Shown: positions 31,990 to 40,563 of the stretch, piece by piece | Position numbering within the stretch: position 1 is the stretch's first letter | Layout: every line of letters starts with the position of its first letter | Assembly (NCBI GenBank): GCA_963733835.1 | Contig: CAVTER010000015.1 | Location: 196,979-260,978 of the forward strand | Direction of reading: 5' to 3' | From: an uncultured Spirochaetota bacterium | GTDB lineage: Bacteria; Spirochaetota; Spirochaetia; SZUA-6; Fen-1364 | Length of the DNA: 64,000 bases | Position numbers and translations under genes: made by a program | Notes under the pieces: generated by a model | The model's input: the letters and a program-made list of their open reading frames with translations, nothing else | Database searches by the model: none | Told to the model about the DNA's origin: nothing

Positions 31990-32418
31990 CTACCTGCCGA
32001 CGTACGGCAGGAGTGCGAGGCAGCGCGCGCGCTTGATCGCGGTGGCCAGCTCGCGCTGGTGCTTCGCGCAGGTGCCCGTGATGCGGCGGGGCATGATCTT
32101 TCCCCGCTCGCTGGTGAAGCGCTTGAGCGCGCCGGCGTCCTTGTAGTCGATCGTTGCCTTCTTGATGCAGAACTTGCAGACCTTCCTCTTGAAGAAGGTC
32201 TTGTGCCGGCCCCTGCCCTGGTAGCCGCCGCGGTCACCGCGATCGCCCCTGTCGGACCTGTAGCCGCCGCCCTCGGAGCGGTAGCCGCCCGAGCGCTCGC
32301 CCGGCCCGCGCTCGCCCGGCGCGCGTTCGGCGCCCTCGGGCCTCGGAGGCCGGTCGGCCATCGGTGCCCCCGGCCCCTGCTGTGTGGTCGCGGGCTTGTC
32401 CTGTCGCGTATCTGACAT
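31990..32418 (-). CDS. rpsR: 30S ribosomal protein S18 with ~65-aa RGG/GYR-rich N-terminal extension
   Basis: RBS GGGAGAAAGGGAA before ATG 32418. Core [44 protein letters not shown]. Confidence 0.9.
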   Translation of the reverse strand: MSDTRQDKPATTQQGPGAPMADRPPRPEGAERAPGERGPGERSGGYRSEGGGYRSDRGDRGDRGGYQGRGRHKTFFKRKVCKFCIKKATIDYKDAGALKRFTSERGKIMPRRITGTCAKHQRELATAIKRARCLALLPYVGR

Positions 32419-32442
32419 GATCGGTTCCCTTTCTCCCGGTTC

Positions 32443-32892
32443 CTAGAATGGAATGTCGTCTTCGAAGTGGTCGGGGGCAGGGGCGGGGGTGGGCGCTTCT
32501 CCATCGGGAAACTCCTGTCCCCCCCGCTGCTCGGCCGCGGGGCCAGCGCCCTGGCGGCCGGCGCCGCCTGCGCCACCAAGGAGCATGACGTTCACGGCGA
32601 AGATCTCGACCTTGCTGCGCGCCTGGCCGTCCTGCTCCCACCTGTTCTGCCGGAGCTGGCCCTCGATGCCGACCTGCTTGCCCTTCACGAGGTACTGGTT
32701 CAGCGACTCGGCGGACTTTCCCCAGAGCACGATGTCGAAGAAGTGGGCCTCGTCGACCCACTGGTCGTCCTTCTTGCGCCTCTGGTTGACCGCGATGCTG
32801 AACTTGCTGACGGCGCCCCCGCCGCTTGTGTACTTCAGCTCTGCGTTGCGCGTCAGCCTGCCCACGAGAACGACGTGGTTGATGTCCGCCAT
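32443..32892 (-). CDS. ssb: Single-stranded DNA-binding protein
   Basis: MADINHVVLVGRLTRNAELKYT..acidic tip DDIPF. Confidence 0.92.
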   Translation of the reverse strand: MADINHVVLVGRLTRNAELKYTSGGGAVSKFSIAVNQRRKKDDQWVDEAHFFDIVLWGKSAESLNQYLVKGKQVGIEGQLRQNRWEQDGQARSKVEIFAVNVMLLGGAGGAGRQGAGPAAEQRGGQEFPDGEAPTPAPAPDHFEDDIPF

Positions 32893-32913
32893 CGGAGCCT
32901 CCCCGCCGGGCCG

Positions 32914-33195
32914 CTACTCGTCCTTTCGGACGAACAGGTGCTTGAGGATCTCGGGCCTGAGCTTGAGCACCTTGGTGAGGTTCTTCAGCGGCTCCGCGGT
33001 GCTCTGGATCGTGTAGAGGATGTAGTGGCCCCTGTCGTTCTTGCGGACCGGGTAGGCGAGGAGCCTGTCGCCCATGTCCTCTTCCTTTGTCAGCGTGATC
33101 CCGGAGCTCTCGAACTCCTTCTTGAGGAACTCGCGCCCCTCCTGGAAAGGAGCAGTGTCGCTCGTGAAGATCACGACCGCTTCATAAGTCTTCAT
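32914..33195 (-). CDS. rpsF: 30S ribosomal protein S6
   Basis: RBS GGGAGGAAAC. MKTYEAVVIFTSD..RKNDRGHYILY. Confidence 0.9.
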   Translation of the reverse strand: MKTYEAVVIFTSDTAPFQEGREFLKKEFESSGITLTKEEDMGDRLLAYPVRKNDRGHYILYTIQSTAEPLKNLTKVLKLRPEILKHLFVRKDE

Positions 33196-33269
33196 CCCTG
33201 TCGTTTCCTCCCTGTGGACGTGTGAGCACGCGCACGGCATGGCCGCCGCGGGCTAAAGAGGGAAGACAC

Positions 33270-33298
33270 AAGATAGCTGCTGCCGCCCATGGTGTCAA
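33270..33298 (-). promoter_or_regulatory. Sigma70-type promoter TTGACA-N17-TATCTT for the rpsF-ssb-rpsR operon, followed by a ~65-nt structured leader
   Basis: On the minus strand, TTGACA = 33298-33293 and TATCTT = 33275-33270. The leader may be an S6:S18 autoregulatory element (inference only). Confidence 0.5.
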
Positions 33299-33334
33299 GT
33301 GACCCCTCCGCCGCGCCGATCATGGAAATGGCAC

Positions 33335-33793
33335 ATGACGCGTCGCATCAACTACGAAGACGACCTTTTTTCCCTGGCGCTTCAGGTCCGCTGCCTGGGC
33401 GACATGCTGAAGCTCGAAACCGACCCGGAGTTCTTCCGCGAGCGGATCGTGGGCGACATCGCCTGGCTCGATGCGACGATCGGGAGGGTCTTCCAGAGCC
33501 TGCGCGGCAGCCCGTCGTTCGTCGGGCGGCAGGACCACCTGCGCGAGGTCCAGCGCCTCAAGCAGGCCTTCGCAGAGGCCCTCGGCACGATCGTCCAGAA
33601 GCGCGCGCCATTCGCCGCGCACCTCGCCGACAGGGTGGAGGGGCTGCGCGAGATCCAGGCCTCCCACCTGCGCGAGGCCGCTGAGATCCGCGGCCTCCTC
33701 GCAGCGGGGACGGGCGCCCCGCAGGAGGAGGAGCACATGGTCTCCGCTGAGGAGCTCAAGATCCTCTTCACCCCCTCCGACGACGAAGCCTGA
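33335..33793 (+). CDS. Hypothetical all-helical protein (152 aa from ATG 33335; ORF opens at 33299)
   Basis: ORF 33299-33793 has non-random composition (MTRRINYEDDLFSLALQVRCLGDMLKLETDPEFFRERIV..). No family recognised. Confidence 0.5.
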   Translation: MTRRINYEDDLFSLALQVRCLGDMLKLETDPEFFRERIVGDIAWLDATIGRVFQSLRGSPSFVGRQDHLREVQRLKQAFAEALGTIVQKRAPFAAHLADRVEGLREIQASHLREAAEIRGLLAAGTGAPQEEEHMVSAEELKILFTPSDDEA

Positions 33794-33839
33794 CCGAGGG
33801 TGCGCCTCTGCGGCGGCCGGGCGCGGGCCCGGGCGCCCC

Positions 33840-33869
33840 TTGACCTTCCCCGAACGATTTTTGTACTCT
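33840..33869 (+). promoter_or_regulatory. Candidate promoter TTGACC-N18-TACTCT with a ~75-nt hairpin-containing leader upstream of rplU
   Basis: TTGACC 33840-33845, TACTCT 33864-33869. Leader stem CCCTGCGG..CCGCGGG. Confidence 0.4.
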
Positions 33870-33949
33870 CTAGTCCCTGCGGCGGCTGTCCGTCCGCGGG
33901 AGCCGGCGTGCTGCCGGACGTCGATGGAATCCATTCGAGGGAAGAGGTT

Positions 33950-34267
33950 ATGTACGCTCTCGTAGACATCCTGGGCAAGCAGTACAAGGTGGAGCAGGGG
34001 TCCGTCCTGCGGGTTGATCACGTCCCGCAGGAGAAGGGCAGCGCGGTCGCGTTCCCGTCGGTGCTCATGGTCTCCGACGCGGGGTCCGTGCGGCTGGGAA
34101 GCCCCTACATCCCCGGCGTCTCCGTGCGGGCCGTGGTCGAGGACCACGGCAAGGCCGCGAAGGTCCTGATCGGCAAGTTCAAGAAGAAGAAGAACTACCG
34201 CCGCCGCCAGGGCCACCGCGAACAGTACACGACGATCAAGGTGGAGGGCTTCGACGGCCTCGGCTGA
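33950..34267 (+). CDS. rplU: 50S ribosomal protein L21
   Basis: MYALVDILGKQYKVEQGSVLRVD..KKNYRRRQGHRE. Confidence 0.92.
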   Translation: MYALVDILGKQYKVEQGSVLRVDHVPQEKGSAVAFPSVLMVSDAGSVRLGSPYIPGVSVRAVVEDHGKAAKVLIGKFKKKKNYRRRQGHREQYTTIKVEGFDGLG

Positions 34268-34280
34268 GCCCGACGGCCCG

Positions 34281-34631
34281 GTGCTGCGCATCGAGCTCGA
34301 TCTCCGTGGGGACGGGACCCTGGCGCGCGTGCGCGCGGCGGGGCACGCGGGTGACGATCCGGCCGGTGCGAACATCGCCTGCGCGGCCGCGACATCCCTC
34401 CTGCGCACCGCGGGCAGCCTGCTCGTTGCGGCGGGAGCGGCTGCGGGGTCGGCCGATCGGCCGGGCGAGATGGCGTTCGACGTTGCCCCACCCCGGGCAC
34501 TGCCCGGGGGAGCAGGGGAGGCATGGCTTCGGGGGGTGTCCGATTTCCTCCTGCAGGGCCTGCGAGATCTCCAGGCGGAGCGACCGCGTGCGATTGCGTT
34601 AACCGTGCGAGGCGGCCCGCCGCACCCATAG
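34281..34631 (+). CDS. prp: Ribosomal-processing cysteine protease Prp (DUF464/YsxB family)
   Basis: Position between rplU and rpmA. His/Cys dyad context [19 protein letters not shown]. Confidence 0.75.
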   Translation: MLRIELDLRGDGTLARVRAAGHAGDDPAGANIACAAATSLLRTAGSLLVAAGAAAGSADRPGEMAFDVAPPRALPGGAGEAWLRGVSDFLLQGLRDLQAERPRAIALTVRGGPPHP

Positions 34632-34640
34632 ATGTGGGAA

Positions 34641-34688
34641 ATGCGCCTTCGGCGCCGGAAAGAGATGCGCCTTCGGCGCCGGAAAGGG
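34641..34688 (+). repeat. 2 x 24-nt tandem repeat ATGCGCCTTCGGCGCCGGAAAG(A/G)G; same family as 45175-45260 (opposite orientation)
   Basis: Direct reading. The units are 34641-34664 and 34665-34688. The second unit contains the rpmA SD AAGGGAG. Confidence 0.9.
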
Positions 34689-34696
34689 AGTGTCCA

Positions 34697-34951
34697 ATGG
34701 GACGGAAGAAGGGCGGGGCAGCGAAGAACGGCAGGGACTCGCAGTCCAAGCGTCTTGGCATCAAGAGCTTCGCGGGCCAGGCGGTGAGCGCGGGCACGAT
34801 CATTGTGCGCCAGCGGGGAACGAAGTTCCACCCCGGCGAGAACGTGGGACGCGGCCGGGACGACACCCTGTTCGCCCTCCTCGACGGACAGGTCGTGTTC
34901 CAGACCAGGCGGGGGAGGAACGTCGTCGCGATTCATCCCGCCGCGAGCTGA
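34697..34951 (+). CDS. rpmA: 50S ribosomal protein L27 (no N-terminal extension if ATG 34697 is used)
   Basis: SD AAGGGAG-N6-[31 protein letters not shown]. Confidence 0.9.
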   Translation: MGRKKGGAAKNGRDSQSKRLGIKSFAGQAVSAGTIIVRQRGTKFHPGENVGRGRDDTLFALLDGQVVFQTRRGRNVVAIHPAAS

Positions 34952-34960
34952 CCGGGCCCC

Positions 34961-35948
34961 GTGAACGGCTTCGTGGATGACACCACGATCGTCGTCTCCT
35001 CGGGCAGCGGCGGCGACGGGTGCGTCTCGTTCCGCCGCGAAAAGTTCGTGCCGCGGGGGGGACCCGACGGCGGCGACGGCGGCCGGGGCGGAGACGTGGT
35101 GTTCACCGTGAGGTCGAACCTCAAGACACTCTCCCATCTCAAGATGAAGCGGATCTTCCGCGCCGGAAATGGCGGCAGGGGATCCGGCCAGCGCATGCAC
35201 GGCGCCGACGGCGCCGACTCGGAGATTCCCGTTCCCCGGGAACGCTCGTGCGCGACCGGCTGAGCGGCGAGAAGCTGGCGGACCTGACCGACGACGGGGC
35301 CCGCGTGGTGTTCCTGCGCGGCGGCCGCGGCGGCAAGGGGAACTCGCACTACGCCACCCCGACAAACCAGGCACCCCGTTTCGCCCAGAAGGGCGTTCCC
35401 GGCGAGACCCGGGAGCTCCGCGTCGAGCTGCACCTCATCGCCGACGTCGGCCTCGTGGGGCTGCCCAACGCGGGCAAGTCGACGCTCCTGTCCGTGCTCA
35501 CCAACGCACGGCCGCGCATCGCGGACTACCCCTTCACGACCCGCACGCCAAATCTCGGCCTGCTGCGGGCGGGGGGAAGGATGTGATCATCGCTGACATC
35601 CCCGGCATCATCGAGGGGGCCTCTGAAGGCCGGGGTCTCGGCCTGGAGTTCCTGCGGCACATCGAACGCTGCGCGGCCCTGTTGTACCTGATCGACCTGG
35701 GGACGGACGGGTGCGCGGCCACCGTTGCCGTTCTGGACGCGGAGCTGGAGCGCTACGCGGCGGCCCTGCGGGGAAAGCCCCGCATCCTCGTGGGCACCAA
35801 GTCCGAGCTGGACGGGGCCCCCGCGCGGCTGGCGCAGCTGGCGGCCGCCTTTCCCGGCGAGCGGGTGATGAGCGTGTCAGCCTTCGCGCGGGAAGGGCTC
35901 GCGGAGCTGTCGCGGGCGGTCTTCTCCCTCGCGGGGCACGCCGGTTGA
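34961..35948 (+). pseudogene. obgE: GTPase Obg/CgtA (frameshifts in C4 run 35234-35237 and G6 run 35571-35576)
   Basis: [47 protein letters not shown]. Confidence 0.88.
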
Positions 35949-36532
35949 CCGCGCTCATCCTCGGGGGGACGTTCAACCCCGTGCACTGCGGCCACCTCTT
36001 CCTCGCCCTGGACGCCCGCTCTACGCTGGGCTACGACACGGTGATCCTGGTGCCAGCCCTTCGTCCCGTGCACAAGGACCCCGCCCCGGTGATCGCGGCC
36101 GCGCACAGGTTGGCCATGCTGGAGCTGGCCGTGCAGGGCATGGAGGGGATCCTCGTGGACGACTGCGAGATCCGCCGGGGCGGACCCTCGTATTCGATCG
36201 ACACGGTGCGGGACCTGGTCGCCCGGCGCCGCATCGACGGCAGGCCGGGCTTCCTCGTCGGCGAGGACCTCCTGCGGGGTTTCGGCGCCTGGAAGGAGCC
36301 GGACGCCCTGGCGCGCGAGGCCGAGCTCATCGTGGTGCGCCGCTCCCTGGGGGAGACCGACGCGGAGGGGCAGCCGCCCTCCTTTGAATGGCCGCACCGC
36401 ACCTTCGCGAACACCATTCTCCCCATCTCCTCATCGGAGGTCCGCTGCAGGGCCGCCGAAGGCCGGACGATCCGGTTCCTCGTCCCCGACGCGGTCGGCG
36501 CGTACATCGCGGCGCACAGGCTCTATGGATAG
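35945..36532 (+). CDS. nadD: Nicotinate-nucleotide adenylyltransferase
   Basis: TTGA overlap with the obg stop. [18 protein letters not shown]. Confidence 0.88.
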   Translation: MTALILGGTFNPVHCGHLFLALDARSTLGYDTVILVPALRPVHKDPAPVIAAAHRLAMLELAVQGMEGILVDDCEIRRGGPSYSIDTVRDLVARRRIDGRPGFLVGEDLLRGFGAWKEPDALAREAELIVVRRSLGETDAEGQPPSFEWPHRTFANTILPISSSEVRCRAAEGRTIRFLVPDAVGAYIAAHRLYG

Positions 36533-37103
36533 GATGGTCTGGCGCTCCCGCGTGGCGGCCCTCGTCGAGGCGACGCTCTCCCGCCGCCGCGTGGCGCACT
36601 CGCGCGAGGTTGCCCGCCTGGCCTGCGAGCTGTGCGAGCGCTTCCGCGTGAGCGAGGACGCGGGGTACATCGCGGGAATCGCGCACGATCTCGCCCGGGA
36701 GAAGGAGCCCGCACAGATCATCACGCTCGCCGCCGAGGACGGGCTGCCCGTCTCTGACCTCGAGCGGGCCAACCCGCTTCTCCTGCACGGCCGGGCCTCG
36801 GCGTACCTTCTCGTGCGGCTGGCGGGCTACGACGAGGCGGAGGTCCTGGAGGCGATCCGGGATCACGTGACGGGCCGCGGCGGCATGGGGCAGCTCTCGC
36901 GGATCCTGTTCGTCGCCGATTTCCTCGAGCCGACCCGCGAGTTCGTGTCGCCGGAGTTCCGCCGACGCACCTCGGGCCTCGGCCTGGACGAGATGGTCCT
37001 CGCGGTGCTCGAGCGCAAGATGCACTACGTGCGCGCGGCCTCGGGAGTGCTGGCGCCGCAGTCGCTGGATCTGCACAGGGAGTTGAAGAAGGATGCGGGA
37101 TAG
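36525..37103 (+). CDS. yqeK: HD-domain protein YqeK (bis(5'-nucleosyl)-tetraphosphatase family)
   Basis: Follows nadD as in many bacteria. H..HD motif VAHSREV..IAHDLAREK. Confidence 0.8.
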   Translation: MDRMVWRSRVAALVEATLSRRRVAHSREVARLACELCERFRVSEDAGYIAGIAHDLAREKEPAQIITLAAEDGLPVSDLERANPLLLHGRASAYLLVRLAGYDEAEVLEAIRDHVTGRGGMGQLSRILFVADFLEPTREFVSPEFRRRTSGLGLDEMVLAVLERKMHYVRAASGVLAPQSLDLHRELKKDAG

Positions 37104-38307
37104 GGACGAACCGCGCCCCGGGCGCGGCGGCAGGAGCAGGAAGTCCGACAGGAGCATCATCCTGCTGGTGGTGATTGTCCTCATCGTGGCCGCCGCGGTC
37201 GTGTACGCGTCGCTGCAGCTGCGGGTCGATCCCATCACGGACGCCTTGAAGAAGGGCCAGCCTGTCAACACGCTCGTCGTGGTCTCCTCGGGAGAGACGG
37301 CCGTGTTCTTCGAGGTGTTTCTCTACAACCCGTCGACGCGCAAGGGCACCCTCTACCACGTGCCGGCCAACGTCGGGGGGGTGATCGAATCCCTCGCCAA
37401 GGTCGACGGCCTGGACGCCCTGTACCGCAGGGGCAGCACGGCTGCCCTCCAGAAGAAGGTCGAGGGGCTGCTGGGCGCGCCGGTGCAGTGCGTGCTGGAC
37501 ATCGGCACGGCGGAGGCGGTCAGGCTGGTCGACCTGACCGGGGGGCTGGAGCTGTTCATCCCCAACCCGGTCGACGTGACGCAGGCGGGCCGGCGCATCC
37601 TGCTGCCCTCGGGCAGCGTGACGCTGGACGGCGACAAGGCCCTGGACTTCCTGCTGTACGAGGACCCGCTGGAGACCGACGTGGACAGGGTGGGCCGCCA
37701 GCAGAAGTTCGTGCAGGCCCTTCTCAAGTCCCTGGGTCGCAGCCGGGTCCTCCTGTCGCACCGCGGTCCCTTCCGCATGGCCCGGGGCCTCGTGCGCGCG
37801 GCCGTCCCGCCCCGGGCTCTCGCGTCGCTGTTCGCGGAGCTCGCCCGGTGCGACTTCGAGCGCGTCATCCTGTCCCGCGTGCTGGGGACCACCCGGACGG
37901 TTGACGGCCGGGACCTGCTCTTCCCGCACCAGGAGGGGGACCTCCTGCGGGCGGCCGTGCAGCAGGCACTCGCCGCCAACGCGAGCAGCGAGTTCGTGCC
38001 GCCCGAGGACCTCACGGTGACAGTCCAGGTTCTCAACGGGACAGACACGCCGGGCCTTGCCAACCGGGTCCGCGAGGTCTTCCGCGGGTACGACCTGGAT
38101 GTGCTGCCGCCGGGCAACGCGGACAAGGACTCCTATGCGCACACGGTCGTGTACGACCGCAAGGGCCGCCCCGAGGAGGCGAAGAAGGTCGCCGACCTGA
38201 TCCGCTGCACGCGTGTGTCCACGCTGGTGGACCCGCAGGCCGACCCGTCGGTGGACGTGACTGTCATCCTGGGAAAGGACTTCGATGGACGCTACTGCAC
38301 GCAGTAG
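37093..38307 (+). CDS. LytR-CpsA-Psr (LCP) family protein with C-terminal LytR_C domain
   Basis: N-terminal TM segment. C-terminus VTVQVLNGTDTPGLANRV..VTVILGKDF. Confidence 0.65.
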   Translation: MRDRDEPRPGRGGRSRKSDRSIILLVVIVLIVAAAVVYASLQLRVDPITDALKKGQPVNTLVVVSSGETAVFFEVFLYNPSTRKGTLYHVPANVGGVIESLAKVDGLDALYRRGSTAALQKKVEGLLGAPVQCVLDIGTAEAVRLVDLTGGLELFIPNPVDVTQAGRRILLPSGSVTLDGDKALDFLLYEDPLETDVDRVGRQQKFVQALLKSLGRSRVLLSHRGPFRMARGLVRAAVPPRALASLFAELARCDFERVILSRVLGTTRTVDGRDLLFPHQEGDLLRAAVQQALAANASSEFVPPEDLTVTVQVLNGTDTPGLANRVREVFRGYDLDVLPPGNADKDSYAHTVVYDRKGRPEEAKKVADLIRCTRVSTLVDPQADPSVDVTVILGKDFDGRYCTQ

Positions 38308-38653
38308 GGAGACCGCACTCGCGGCCGCCCGCTGCATCGACGCCCACAAGGGGGAGGACACCGTTGTCCTCGAGATCGGGGAGCTCTCGACCGTGGCTGA
38401 CTACTTCGTCATCGCCACCGCGCGCAGCTCGACCCACATCGACTCCCTCGCGCGGGAGCTGTTCCAGCTGCTGCGCGAGGCGGGAGTGCGGCCGCTCAAC
38501 AGGCACCGGCGCACGGCGGCCTCGGGCTGGATGCTCGTTGACTGCGGAGACGTGATCGTGCACCTGATGGAAAGGGATCAGCGGGAGTTTTACGACCTGG
38601 AAAAGCTGTGGTTCAGGGCAGGGCGGGTGCCCTACTCGTCGAAATCCTCGTAG
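38285..38653 (+). CDS. rsfS: Ribosome silencing factor RsfS
   Basis: KGEDTVVLEIGELSTVADYFVIATARSSTHIDSLA..WMLVDCGDVIVHLM..REFYDLEKLW. Confidence 0.88.
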   Translation: MDATARSRETALAAARCIDAHKGEDTVVLEIGELSTVADYFVIATARSSTHIDSLARELFQLLREAGVRPLNRHRRTAASGWMLVDCGDVIVHLMERDQREFYDLEKLWFRAGRVPYSSKSS

Positions 38654-39009
38654 TCGAGATCCTCGTCGATATCGTAGTCTTCCTCGTCGAGGTAATCCTC
38701 CTCGTCGAGCTCCTCCTCCTCTTCTTCCTCCTCTTCCTCCTCTTCCTCGAACTCCTCCTCTTCCTCTTCTTCCTCGAACTCCTCGCCTTCCTCCTCGAAC
38801 TCCTCTTCCGCGTCGTCCTCGCTGACGTCGTCCTCGTCGTAGTCTTCCTCGAGGTCGTCCTCGTAGTCGTCGAAATCCTCGTCGAGGTTCTCCTCACCTC
38901 CCTGCCCGTCCTCCGGGGCCTCCCCCTCGTCCTTGCCCTTCTTCTTGCCGAACGAGTAGAAAAAACCGTCGTCGTGTTCAGAGAGAGCGTGCCTGATGTC
39001 TTCGGCCAT
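38632..39009 (-). CDS. Polyacidic low-complexity protein (125 aa, majority Asp/Glu), function unknown
   Basis: RBS GAGGTGG then ATG 39007-39009. MAEDIRHALSEHDDGFFYSFGKKKGKDEG followed by an E/D-rich tail. Overlaps the rsfS 3' end convergently by 22 nt. Confidence 0.6.
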   Translation of the reverse strand: MAEDIRHALSEHDDGFFYSFGKKKGKDEGEAPEDGQGGEENLDEDFDDYEDDLEEDYDEDDVSEDDAEEEFEEEGEEFEEEEEEEEFEEEEEEEEEEEEELDEEDYLDEEDYDIDEDLDYEDFDE

Positions 39010-39124
39010 GGTCCACCTCGCGTCCGTCTTTTGAAGCCCGGCTTCAAGCTGAATCTATGTCAGGAATTTCGCAATTGTCAACTGCTTTTTTGACCTCCTC
39101 GCCGACCCCCTCGCGCGGGGAGGT

Positions 39125-39154
39125 TTGACACGCGCCGCGCCGCCCGGCTACCAT
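39125..39154 (+). promoter_or_regulatory. Promoter TTGACA-N18-TACCAT ending 8 nt before the ispE ATG (leaderless architecture)
   Basis: TTGACA 39125-39130, TACCAT 39149-39154, ATG 39163. There is no SD. Confidence 0.45.
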
Positions 39155-39162
39155 TCCGCTCC

Positions 39163-40080
39163 ATGCCCCGCAGCGTGACCCTCGACGCCCCTGCCAAGGT
39201 GAACCTGCACCTGCAGGTGCTTGCCCGGCGGCCGGACGGGTACCATGACCTGGTCTCGCTTTTCCACGCCGTGTCGCTCGCGGACACGGTGACGCTGTGC
39301 ACGGCGGGGCCGGCGGAGGGCTTCAGACTCGAAGGGCGTTTCGATCTTCCCTCCGCGGACAATCTCGTGACCCGCGCGGTCGAGGCGTTCCGCGCCGAGA
39401 CCGGGGTCCGCGACGGTATCGCCGCCACTGTCGAAAAGCGCATCCCTGCCGGGAGCGGGATGGGGGGCGGATCCAGCGACGCCGCCGCCGTGCTGCGGGG
39501 CCTGGAGGCGCTGTTCGCCACCGGGCTTGCACCGAGGAGGCTGCGCGCGCTCGCCGCGGCCCTGGGCAGCGACGTCCCGTTTTTCCTGGAGTCTCCCGCC
39601 GCGCTGGTGGAGGGCCGCGGCGAGCGCGTGCAGCCCGTGTCGCCCCGCCGTGACTTCGCGCTCGTCGCTGTCCTGACAGGTCTCGCGGTGCGGACCGCCG
39701 ACGCATTTGGCTGGATCGACGAGGACAGGGCCGGCGGTGCAGTGCAGCGCGCCGGGGAGCCGGCCGCAATCTCCCGGGAAGGTCTCCTGCGCGTGTGGGA
39801 AGGGCAGCCGCCGGCCCAGTGGGGGTTCCGTAACGATTTTGACGGCCCGGTGCTCGGTCGCTTCCCCGCGCTGCGGGCCGCCCGCGACGGGCTGCTGGCG
39901 GCGGGCGCCTCCCGGGCCGGTCTGACGGGCAGCGGGTCGGCCGTGATCGGCATCTGCCCCGGCGCGCGCGAGGCCGACGCCTGCCTGCGGGCCTTCGTCG
40001 CCGCCGCGCGCGGGGTTTCGGTGCCCCGGGCAGAGGTCCTGATTCCCCTTGCCTCTCTCCCCGTCATCTGTTACAATTGA
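39163..40080 (+). CDS. ispE: 4-diphosphocytidyl-2-C-methyl-D-erythritol kinase
   Basis: [15 protein letters not shown] motif [14 protein letters not shown]. Confidence 0.9.
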   Translation: MPRSVTLDAPAKVNLHLQVLARRPDGYHDLVSLFHAVSLADTVTLCTAGPAEGFRLEGRFDLPSADNLVTRAVEAFRAETGVRDGIAATVEKRIPAGSGMGGGSSDAAAVLRGLEALFATGLAPRRLRALAAALGSDVPFFLESPAALVEGRGERVQPVSPRRDFALVAVLTGLAVRTADAFGWIDEDRAGGAVQRAGEPAAISREGLLRVWEGQPPAQWGFRNDFDGPVLGRFPALRAARDGLLAAGASRAGLTGSGSAVIGICPGAREADACLRAFVAAARGVSVPRAEVLIPLASLPVICYN

Positions 40081-40111
40081 TCGATGCGGATCTGCCAGGG
40101 GGAGGCCACCC

Positions 40112-40411
40112 ATGGAGATAACGGATATTCGCATCAAGAGGGTCGCGGCTGACAACAAGCTGAAAGCGTACGTCACGGTGACCTTCGACGACTGTTTCGT
40201 CGTGCACAATCTCAAGATCATCAATGGCCAGTTCGGGCGGTTCGTCGCGATGCCGAGCCGCAAGACGAGGGATGGGGAGTTCAAGGACGTTGCCCACCCC
40301 ATCAACCCGGACTTCAGGAAGAAGATCCAGGCCCGTATCCTGGAGGAGTTCGACAGGAACGCGGGCAGCCCGCAGGAGCTCGACGATGGGCCCGGCGGGG
40401 AGGCCGAGTAG
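40112..40411 (+). CDS. spoVG: SpoVG family nucleic-acid-binding protein
   Basis: [37 protein letters not shown]. Confidence 0.9.
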   Translation: MEITDIRIKRVAADNKLKAYVTVTFDDCFVVHNLKIINGQFGRFVAMPSRKTRDGEFKDVAHPINPDFRKKIQARILEEFDRNAGSPQELDDGPGGEAE

Positions 40412-40439
40412 CGAGCCTGCTCCCGGTGCGTGCAGACTG

Positions 40440-40512
40440 TGGGACGTCGGCAAGCGGTAAGCCACCGGAATTTGGATCCGGCATTTCGCAGGTTCGAATC
40501 CTGCCGTCCCAG
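40440..40512 (+). tRNA. tRNA-Gln (anticodon TTG)
   Basis: TGGGACGTCGGCAAGCGGTAAGCCACCGGA-ATTTGGA-TCCGG.. is almost collinear with E. coli tRNA-Gln. The variable loop is 1 nt longer, possibly a T-run indel. Confidence 0.88.
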
Positions 40513-40563
40513 GAGGGTGGGGGATCGCCCGAGCGAGACATCCGAGCGAAGGAGTAGTACGGA

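Noticed and set aside
34634-34696. N-terminal extension of L27 starting at GTG 34634 and encoded by the 24-nt repeats.
   Set aside because: A strong SD sits 6 nt before ATG 34697 and none precedes GTG 34634. The peptide lacks the canonical Prp cleavage context. It is kept only as an alternative in the Prp finding.
38608-39093. Alternative readings of the acidic-gene DNA: a poly-basic ORF at 38613-39047(-) and a Leu/Val/Phe-rich ORF at 38608-39093(+).
   Set aside because: Both are frame or strand shadows of a GAG/GAA-rich repeat. Only the acidic frame has an SD plus ATG and a non-repetitive N-terminus.
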